This document shows positions 54,148-64,000 of a stretch of DNA of 64,000 nt, piece by piece; the first letter of the stretch is position 1; each line of letters opens with the position of its first letter. The position numbers and the translations under genes were made by a program. The stretch is from Octopus vulgaris. Taxonomy: Eukaryota. The stretch is taken from assembly GCA_951406725.2 (NCBI GenBank), contig OX597820.1, forward strand, positions 124,372,001 through 124,436,000, given 5' to 3'. Below the pieces are notes generated by a model. The model was not told the DNA's origin. It did no database searches and was given only the letters and a program-made list of their open reading frames with translations.

Positions 54148-54790
54148 CATTCCTTCGTAAGACAGCGCAGGTAAAAATTTACCGGAGTTTTTAGTCATCT
54201 GTCAAGTCACAACAAGGACCTCTGACAGATAATACTTTCATTAAGATGTGTACTGGGCCCAGTAATGTTGCTTTTTGCAAGACATCAATCTTGCATGGAA
54301 TTTCCAGTTGCCTTAAGAAGTCTTGAAGTTTCAATGGGATTGAGCTCAACGCTCCGATTACCACTGGTATCAATTTTACATTACCCTCTTGCATTCCATA
54401 CGGTCTTACTATTTCCAGTTTCAATTCTGAGTACTTGTTGACTTTTTTCAACGTCTTTAATCACAACATTCATATCATTTGTTATGGCTACATTAATGAT
54501 CTGACAGTATTTCTCTCTCTTATTCAATATGACAATATTCGGCCGACGGTGTTCGATTACACGATCCGACTGAAAATGATAGTTCCAGAGTATCGTTACT
54601 TGTCCATCCTCCTGCATAACTTTACTTTGTACATGCTCGTACAGTTTTCTGTTACATCATGTTGGTATTTACAGCATAAGAGCCAAAGAAGTTACAAACG
54701 CATTTTATCGTGGCGGCGCTTGTATTCTTTTTGTGCAATGCTCTCACATCCACTTACCAAGTGGTTCACATTTTCCACTCTCTTTCTGGG
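54148..54790 (-). mobile_element. R4/Dong-like zinc knuckle, RLE and 3' UTR
   Basis: ENVNHLVSGC..AQKEYKRRHD; ILWNY..SDRVIEHRRPNIV; IPVVIGAL..LQKATLLG. Confidence 0.85.
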
Positions 54791-54799
54791 TGTCAGAAA

Positions 54800-56882
54800 T
54801 TTTATAGACAGACATAAGTGGATGAATGAAGAGTACGATACACTTATTGAAATATCATGAACGAGCAAACCTGGAAAAATGTCGCGGAGTAGGCCGACGT
54901 ACCATGGAATTTTGGATGTAAAAGACATATGCCCAATGTCAGAAAATAAACTAATTAAATAAGTGAGAGTGTTTAGAAGGAAGGGTTACTTAAGTGTAGT
55001 AGAAATATCTCGGATTACTTAGAGTCTGGGAGACCCTGCGAACGGCCTACAAAGGATATTTGGAGTTGTGAACAGAGAGGTAGGAGCTGAAAGCAGAGAG
55101 AGGTGTAGACAGGAGGAACAACGGAATGGTGATGGGGCTGTTAAGGATGAGGAACAGGAATGTTATACAGTCAACCCTGATGCTGTTGTGGGTGGAAATG
55201 CGGGGGAAATGAACCAACTAGATAATGAATTGCTTGAAATTCAAAGATGACTCACTGACTTGATGAATGCTTCAGAAGAAAAAAATCTCCATGAATGAAA
55301 AGGGTAGATAGGAGTATGATAAATACAGTAAGGAGTAGCTGTGAGGTAAGTAGCTTGTTTACCAACCACATGGTTCTAGGTTCAGTCCCACTGTGTGGCA
55401 CCTTGAGCAAGTGTCTTCTACTATAGCCTCGGGCCGACCAATGCCTTGTGAGTGGATTTGGTAGGCGGAAACTGAAAGAAGCCCGTCGTATATATGTATA
55501 TATATATATATGTATGTGTGTGTATGTTTGTGTGTCTGTGTTTGTCCCCCTAGCATTGCTTGACAACCGATGCTGGTATGTTTATGTCCCCGTCACTTGG
55601 CGGTTCGGCAAAGGAGACCGATAGAATAAGTACTGGGCGTACAAAGAATGGGTCCTGGGATCGAGTTGCTCGATTAAAGGCGGTGCTCCAGCATGGCAGC
55701 AGTCATAATGACTGAAACAAGTAAAAAGAGAAAAAAAGAGAAAAACACAAAAGATAAATACTGTCATACCATATATCCAGGCGGAGGATATAACACAAAC
55801 AAGGAATCTCCGCTGGCCTATTGCACTGCCTGCTGAGGAGAAATTACAACTTAAGAAAGCAGAAAATGCTGGAGCAAATGTAAGATGGTGGAAACAACGC
55901 ATTGAAAGCGATATAATGCGGGCAAGGCAAGATGTAGGAACAATTGAACAATGGTTAAGAAGAAACTGGAAAAATGAGAAAAATACCGATCAAGAAAAAT
56001 TAGGAAGAAATATAAAATACGGAAGAACGGGTTTGATGCAGTAATAGAGCAGTTGAAATAGATGATCATAGCAAAATGCCAGCAGATCAGAAGATATGTG
56101 AAAAGAAATAAGCATTTCAAGGAGAACAGATTATTAAAAATGTACCCGAAGCAATTCTCCCGGACGTTAAATTGGAGTTCTGGAGTGGATTATGGGGAAA
56201 CAATGTGGTGCATGAAAGGGATGCAATGTGGATAGCAACTATCCAGACAGAAATACAATGAAGAAAGAAACAAAGGAATAATGTCATGAGTAGGGGTGAG
56301 GTGAAAGAAGAAGTGGGTAAAGTGCTGGAAAGCTCCCGGACCAGATGGGGTTCATGGATTTTGGCTGAAGATATGCCAGACAGTGCATGAAAGACCAGCA
56401 GCTCAATTCAATGAGGACAGTGTCGCCGTATGGATGGTAACTGGGAGGACAACGATTATAATGGAAGATAGAAGACAGGGCAATTTTGTGTGAAACTACA
56501 GTCCTATAGAGTGCCTAAACATAATCCGGAAGATACTCACTGGAATATGTGAGGCAAAGATATATACTTCCTCGGCGCAGGAAGAAATACTACAAAAGCA
56601 ACCAAAAGGATGTAGGAAGAGTTCTCAGGATACAAAGCATCACTTGGTCATCGAAAACCAGTTTTGAGGCATTGTAAAAGACATCATACAAACATGTCTG
56701 TGGGTTGGATTGACTTTAAGTAGGCATATGATATGATGCCTCAATCTTGGATCGCTGAACGTGTGCAAATTTTCTTAAGCATAGAATGAAAGAGTGAAGC
56801 ACCAAATTGCACTCAATTGATGTTAATATTAAAAGGGGAATCTTCCAAGGTGACTTGTTTTCTCCATTACTATTTGTTATTT
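54800..56882 (+). mobile_element. R4/Dong-like N-terminal and RT segment, opposite orientation to the adjacent RLE part, interrupted by SINE A
   Basis: RHKWMNEE..SENKL; WKAPGPDGVHGFWLK; NY.PI.CLN; IKRGIFQGDLFSPLLFV; frameshifts present. Confidence 0.8.
55331..55745 (+). mobile_element. SINE family A, full-length, nested in R4-like element
   Basis: Colinear with 36179-36582. Confidence 0.9.
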
Positions 56883-56898
56883 TTATTATTATTATTAA

Positions 56899-56947
<49 letters not shown>

Positions 56948-57480
56948 GAGTGAGAGAGCAGTGACACTGGGGTAAAATATACGAAGCCCTGTATACCCAT
57001 CGCGACTAGCCGCCTGATAAGGGTGCACTAGGCACATGCGTCACAACCATATGTCCGTGTCATGGTGATCTCATATCAAGATAAACAGCACATGACCTTA
57101 GAGGCGGGCCCCGTTAGAATTTTCTTCTGGTCGAGCAACCCATCTCGCGCAAAAGGTCCCTGAATAACGGTTGTTTAAGGATGTTGAACGAAACACCCCT
57201 GGTTCCAGAGATGAATTATTCAAACTCCAAAATTCCTTCTCATCACGTGCCTATGATGCTCCCCCACAACTTCTGCTCTTGATCAGAGATGCACATATCG
57301 TCAACCACTAAAGGACTTGCTCAACTGGTTAAGGTCAAACAACTGTCAAGCAAATCTGTGGTATTGAGCAGAATATTTGCTGTAGTCAATCTTTTATACC
57401 AAGACAAAATAATGATAACACTTGCAATCAGTTAAGATCAGAAGCCATGAGAGCCACTGTCTGGTACTGCATCAGGGCAT
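56948..57480. mobile_element. ~530-bp non-coding interspersed repeat, copy 2, flanked by (ATT)n
   Basis: See 46190-46728. Confidence 0.8.
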
Positions 57481-57554
57481 TATTATCATCATCATCAATG
57501 TTATTATTATAATTGCTGTTGTTGTCGTTGTTGTTGTTACTGCAGCTGCTGTTG

Positions 57555-57636
<82 letters not shown>

Positions 57637-57639
57637 TAC

Positions 57640-58680
57640 TTTTTTCTTCTTTCAAATTTTCTTCCATTTCTTGCCGAGTGTCTTCCCGACTCCTAGGGCA
57701 AAGAAACTCATAGTGTATATTGGTAGGCCATTAAACCAAACTCAGTAGTTCGTTAATTTTTTTTTTTTTTTTTAAAGTTAAATTAAAATGCATGAGCAGC
57801 AACAGTTCCTCACATCGACAATGCTCTTCTCAATACGTGTGATGTACCAGTTAAGACAATCTTTTGCACTTCTTGCAGGGATGGTAAGCCAGGGATCATT
57901 CTCATATAATTTTCGGTTCCCTTCTTGATCATTCCTAGTGCTCCTACGATCACTGGTATTGTAACCGCCTTGAGATGCCACATTTTCTCAATTTCAATGA
58001 GTAGGTCTTTATATTTTCTGAGCTTGTCAAACTCTTTCGCTGAGATATTATGATCACAGGGGATGCTCATGTCGATCAATAAGCAAACTTTATTGTTTTG
58101 GTCTTTCACAACAATATCTGGTTTATTGGCCTTGATGGTTCGGTCTGTATGTACTGGAAAGTCCCACAGAATGGTTACATTTTCTCCTTCAGTTACAGCC
58201 TCAGGGTGGTGATTATACCACTTGTCGGCAGTTTTGATATTGTAATGCCGACTTATTAGCCAGTGGAGATATTGGCCAACTCTGTCATGTCTTAATTTAT
58301 ACTCCACTGGTGCTAAGACTTTACATCCAGAGATTAGGTGGTCCACTGTTTCAATCATGTCGTTGCAGAATCGGCATTTTGGGTCTGCTCCATTTTTCAT
58401 CACATTGGCCTGGTAGTTCCGGGTTGATAGGCTTTGGTCTTGAGCAGCCAGGATGAAACCTTCGCTCTCTGCTTTTAGCCCTGAGCTCCGCAGCCACTGA
58501 TGGGTTTGCTTCTGGTCAACATCAGCTTGTTTGCTGCGGGTCACATATTTGCCGTGCAGAGGTTTCTCCTCCCACCTATCAGCCAATTGCTAGTGCGCTT
58601 TTTTCATTGCCATCAGTTTCACCTTCTTTGCAGCAATAGTTGCCGTACTTCCCTCGGGTTGTTCAGTTTGGGTATCCTGG

Positions 58681-58682
<2 letters not shown>
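57640..58682 (-). mobile_element. Young 5'-truncated R4/Dong-like retrotransposon in (TAA)n; intact 258-aa ORF (CCHC knuckle and PD-(D/E)xK restriction-like endonuclease)
   Basis: ORF 57810-58586: LHG.Y, AAQDQ, CRFC....ETVDHLISGC, RHD, KPDIVV..LIDMSIP..K..KY; (TAA)n on both sides. Confidence 0.9.
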
Positions 58683-58736
<54 letters not shown>

Positions 58737-59139
58737 TTTGTTATTATTATTATTACCATTATTATTTTTATTATCATTATTATTGTTACTATTCGGGTAG
58801 TTTCAGCTAAATTTCGACTGCATCGCCTGCTATACATCCGAGTTGTTGGCGAGTGAACTCTTTCTAGTTTTAATGCGTCAGTTTTTTTTATGAATTTTTA
58901 ATGAAATTTCGTTGCAATCTTTTGTTGCATTAGTGTTTGTATTATGTGTTGTGTCTTTAATGGAAATTTTGCTATTTGCTGTGTACTGTCCTGTTGGCGG
59001 TTGTTTATTTTACTGGATATTTGCGATATAGAGCATCTTGTTTTGTTAATTGTTTTGTTGGGGTTATATAATTGAATTGGTAATATTATGTTTAGGATGT
59101 AGGATGTTCTTTGTAAGACTAATTTTTAGCTAGTGTATA

Positions 59140-59320
59140 GAGTCCAGATCTAGCTTCTTCGTTATCCTTCATGTTTTTATCTTGCCCAATGCTCCAATTA
59201 TTACTAGTCTTGTTTCCAATTTCATTCCCCACATTGTGAATACTTCAATTTCGAAGTATTTGTACTTTGACTATTTCTCCACATTTTGTGCGCAATATTT
59301 TGGTCATCAATGTCTATCAT
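59140..59320 (-). mobile_element. Short R4-like RLE fragment
   Basis: KYKYFEIEVFTMWGMKLETRLVIIGALG. Confidence 0.65.
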
Positions 59321-59783
59321 TGGTCGTTGGCTACTACAGCCGTTGATATTTTATGGATTGTGTCTATCAGTAAGAAGTTTCTCATTGCTATTATCCTCAT
59401 TTCTTCTTTCTGCCCTTATTCCTTTTGACTAATATCATTCTCCTCCTAAAATACACATGTATTCTCTTTTTTCTCTCTACTTACCCCTGGCAGTATATTC
59501 TCAAAATTTCATCTACACCACAAGAAATCTTGGAATGAATAGCACAAGGAAATCATGGCGCAACGTTATCAACTTGTAATAGCAAAATATAAACTACTAT
59601 CGGGATCTACATACTATGGACAAGAAGCATTTCTACCCATTCTACAGAGTCCTTTCCTTAGATGATGGAACTTCATAAATTTTCACTTCTATTTTCATTC
59701 TCTTTTTTCCAATTATATTTCATATATCCATCCTGTTCCTTATATTGAACTCTATCATTTCCCTTTATTTACTCCTCTCATAT

Positions 59784-59832
59784 CGTCTCTGATGAAGGGA
59801 TAACCCAATATCCCAGAAACAGCTGTAAGTCT
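59784..59832 (+). ncRNA. Type-I hammerhead ribozyme motif
   Basis: cgtct CTGATGA a-gggata(acccaa)tatccc-a GAAA cagctg TA agtct; palindromic stem III; stem I partly decayed. Confidence 0.65.
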
Positions 59833-59963
59833 ACGTTTCATTTTCTAAATGTTCTATAAATTTCACACAGCCACGGTTTTGTCTTCTTATTTTATTTAAC
59901 ATACACATGCTTACGCAAGAAAAGGCATTAGACTCCTCGTATCATTATCAATCTATCATTATG

Positions 59964-60046
<83 letters not shown>

Positions 60047-60102
60047 TATCGCCTGTCTGTCTGTCTGTCTATCTATCTATATATATATATATACACATGC
60101 AT

Positions 60103-60157
<55 letters not shown>

Positions 60158-61347
60158 GATATAGATATATGTCTCTGTGAGTGCATGAGTGCGTGCGTGC
60201 CTGTGGGTGTGTACAGTATGTGAATGATGCCAATTCATCTTTGCCCAGTAGATCGTTATCAGCAAAACAGATGAACTGGTGTCAAATATAATAAACACAT
60301 CAATTATTTTATTGAATCTGGATGGACGAAAGACTGGACTGATGCCGATGGCGTCTGCACTATCAACTTTTACTGGCGTCAAGCAGGTATTTCAATGTAT
60401 TTCGACATCACTCAACATTTTCTGGAAGCAATTCAGCTGGATACTTTTAAATATAGAACTTGTATATACTTCTCATATAAAGATTTGTAAAAAAAAAATA
60501 TGCAATAATTTCAAAAAAAATTATTCTGCTCTATTTCAAAAAATATTCAATATTATAAATCAAGAATTAGAATGGTAACGATTTTTTACGTTGTACAACT
60601 TTATATATCAAATTATTTTTTGGGGAAAATAAATTGCATACTGTAAGAAAATTTTAGTCACAAATGTGAATAAAAGTAAAATTGCACTATGATACAAAAT
60701 TATTTAGAATATACCGCCAAAGACATCTGTAATCCTTAACAATAACGCAGATTTCATTTATGCTATACAATGGTACACATAAATTATCATCTATGGGAAA
60801 ATTGCTTATTTCCATTTTTCTAGCAGCTGGAAATCTGTTAATCTAACACAGGTTAGTCTCATTTGTAAACATCTTAACTGAAATCTGAATTCCAATAACA
60901 ATGAGAATTATATCAAATTTCTATATGGATTTCAGTTTTCTTATTATGTTGCACAACTCGATAAAAGATATTCTAAGCGTTTCCTTGGACAGATACACAT
61001 AACTTCAAAATATCCCCCAAATGTTTCTATGGATTCTTTAAAATGGAAGAAAATGATGCAATCTAGTTTATTCATTCAGAAGAGGATCGGATGTTGACGT
61101 CTGCTGTTTTCGATATATGTTTGAGGATAAGGATTGACTTCGTACAAAACAATATTCGCAAACATATTTATCTTTCATTTAGGGCGTAATTTATATTAAA
61201 GCATTTGTCTCTCACCATGTCTTGAATAAGATAGAAATAGTAGCTTCGTGGGTTGCAGCACAAACGGAAACTATGAATGCCATACATCTGAGCAGATATG
61301 GGCTACTAAGGGTTGATATAAATAAATACATACATGAATATACATGT

Positions 61348-61395
<48 letters not shown>

Positions 61396-62088
61396 GGTGT
61401 TTCAAGACAGCAGGTATTTATTATTTGTTATTATTATTATTGTTATTCACTGGATATTTAGCGGACTGGCGATTGTGATTGAAAATCTTCATACCGTATT
61501 GTTCATTTGTTCTAATAAGTTTTGCACCTTCCTTTAATTTATGGGGCTTACAAGTTACTTACTTTCCATTAGCAAATAATTTTTGCCATTATATCATTTT
61601 TATATATATTGATAGTTATAAGTTACGATAGATATTATTCTTATTTCTATTTTTAGATTTTTTTAATAAAGGGATCTAACGTATTATATTTAATTTAATT
61701 TCAGAATTGATTTTGTTAGACAACTTATTATTTAATTATTAGGTGGTATATTTATTAAGAATTATTAAATTTAAGATAATTATGCATTATATTAATTTAT
61801 ATTTGGTCAACTATATTATAGAGTGATATACTAGATGTATAGATACTACACATTTATATTAGTTATATAGTTAGCTTATTTAATGAGTTTGTCTATATTT
61901 GAACCATTTCGTATTTTGATTACAATATAAATGAATTGTACTAGCATTGTGTATATCAATAAATTTTAAAGTTTAGAATAATTTAAGTAGTGTTTTTAGT
62001 TTTCACTTAATGTATATTTAGTATCTTATATATATATATATTAAATATATATTTATTAATTAATTATTTTATTATTCTAGTTTATTTT

Positions 62089-62192
62089 TAACCTGATGAG
62101 TGGCTATATTTATATCGAAGTGATTTTACTACTACTATTAACTTTTTTACTATAATCATTTCTTAAATATAGCCACGAAACACGTGTCGTTA
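62089..62192 (+). ncRNA. Type-I hammerhead ribozyme motif, canonical core, long stem II
   Basis: taac CTGATGA gtggctatattta..gaagtgatt...aatcatttc..taaatatagccac GAAA cacgtg TC gtta; 13-bp perfect stem II base; GUC cleavage triplet. Confidence 0.85.
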
Positions 62193-62445
62193 TTCTACCT
62201 ATTATATACGTTTTTATCATTGTTTTGCAATTTACTTATTCATCGGTATATTATTGTTATTTAAATTTTAATATTTCTATTATATGTAATTTTCTAGGTA
62301 GTGTAATTAATTGTTCATTTTGAATTGATAAAAGGTGGGTTTTTTCTAATTTTTACATATACATATATTATATTGTGTGAAATTTATTTAGTATTTCTAA
62401 ATTGAATTTTTCCCTGTAAGTTAGGATTAATATTCCCTCAAATAA

Positions 62446-62506
<61 letters not shown>

Positions 62507-62639
62507 ACCCAAACATAAACAAAGAGAAAACACAACAACACGAGGGCTTGGAACAAATATAGTGCTATTAGACGTTCCGGAAAGGAGATACGAAGAGGTA
62601 CTCGGAAAAGTTCTCTATGGGACAAACATATTGCAGTTC

Positions 62640-63455
62640 AAGCTTCTGCCGCTAGAAGCCTCGTGATTCGAACCTAGGGCGTCAGTCAAGTGAAGTAGTA
62701 CTGCCATGCTGTGTGTCTTTGTTTTTGCATTGAGTCTTTCTTATTCGTCGATTTTTGCAGTGATTGAAATGAAGGAAAGGTGTGCTTCCGTGAAATTCTG
62801 TTTACTGCTGAGGAAAACAGCGGCTGAAACAGTTGTCAGGCTTCAAACGACTTATAAGAGCGCTGCGACGAGCAAAACACAAGTTTACAATTGGTTATCC
62901 CTCTTTGGGATTGATCGGTTGTCGTTTGAAAGCCAAACTTATTCAGGGTTATTGTCGACCTCCCGACCGAATAAAAACATCATGAATATTCAGGAACTGC
63001 TCTTGGAGGGACGCCACAAATTAACTGATGTGCTAGTTGGTATGACAGTCGTGATCTGGAGCTCCTGCCAACGAATTTTGAGCTAGGAATAGCGAATGAA
63101 AAGAGCTGCAGCAAAGTTTGTACCTCGCTTGCTCACAGAAGATCAAAAGCTGTCACGACTGAATGCGTGTCGTGAACTGAAAGAAGAGTTGGAAGTTGAT
63201 CCGAATCTTTTTGCCGAATGCCATCACTGGTAACGAAAGCTGGTGCTAGGGTATTTGCAGCTGTGGAAAAGTTTGAGAAGAGAAACAACGGAGGCATCAC
63301 TTCACAAGAGGTGTAGCTCTGTTTTGAACAATGTAAAAAGCGTCTGGAATGATGCATTACTTCAAATGGAGAATACGTTGAAGGCGATAAAGGTGTAAAC
63401 ATCTAAAACTAAGTGAATAAAATAATATTGCAAAAGTCCAGTTTCATTTGGGTAG
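62640..63455 (+). mobile_element. Internally deleted mariner element
   Basis: ERCASVKFC..L.KTAAET...CQRIL...AAKFVPRLL..DQK..R, then jumps to CFEQ.KKR..CI.SNGEY.EGD. Confidence 0.85.
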
Positions 63456-64000
63456 ACGAAGAGACGAGAGCGCAGTCCGCAAACGGGTGAGATAGCCTGA
63501 ATTGAGTTATGTAACCATTCAGATATTTGTAAGGAGTGTAGTCACCGTTCAGATATATTTAAAGTTTGTGAAGTGGATATGTCTTTGGGTCAGACCGAAA
63601 TTAGTCATGGATAATAAAATATCGCGGATTATTGCTCTGCTAAACTTAATTTCTTCCATGACATTAAATACAAATTTCCTATCTCTATTTCAAAACCAAT
63701 TATGATGAAAGTATAAGAAGGAAGTATATATGCTATGAGATTTCAAATTCTCCTAAACGAGTTACCTGTTCCTGGGCAATATTAACTGCAATAAGACGCA
63801 TTCCAACAGGAAGAAAAAACTGCAGGTGATCTCAGCCATCCACTTCAAGCTACTACTATCAAACAGTCTGCCAATCGAAATGATCCTACGTTTAAAAGCA
63901 ATGCACTGTAATGGGAATTTCAATGCACACAGTGATATCTTATGCTAAATTTTACTGTTTATCAATATTGAGAAATGTGTTTCGTTCAATGTTGCTATAT

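Overview
AT-rich, microsatellite-dense eukaryotic DNA. The SINE families present look like those of octopus (inference). No intact host gene is visible, and most ORF-track entries are microsatellite or transposon artefacts. The window is a graveyard of tRNA-derived SINEs (3 families), R4/Dong-like and HERO-like RLE non-LTR retrotransposons (mostly in (TAA)n), Penelope-like (PLE) fragments, and hAT and Tc1/mariner relics. Two hidden layers stand out. (1) About a dozen type-I hammerhead ribozyme (HHR) motifs with palindromic stem III, mostly in short (TA)n-flanked cassettes or inverted-repeat arrangements; the cleanest are at 62089-62192 (+), 41821-41874 (-) and 14006-14080 (+). (2) A heavily decayed minus-strand pseudogene (~1800-5400) that reads as TIR-TIR followed by a STING-like domain. 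There are also recent-looking perfect palindromes, a twin-priming-like inverted R4 insertion and unexplained direct repeats. All protein and RNA assignments are from manual translation and folding, not database searches.
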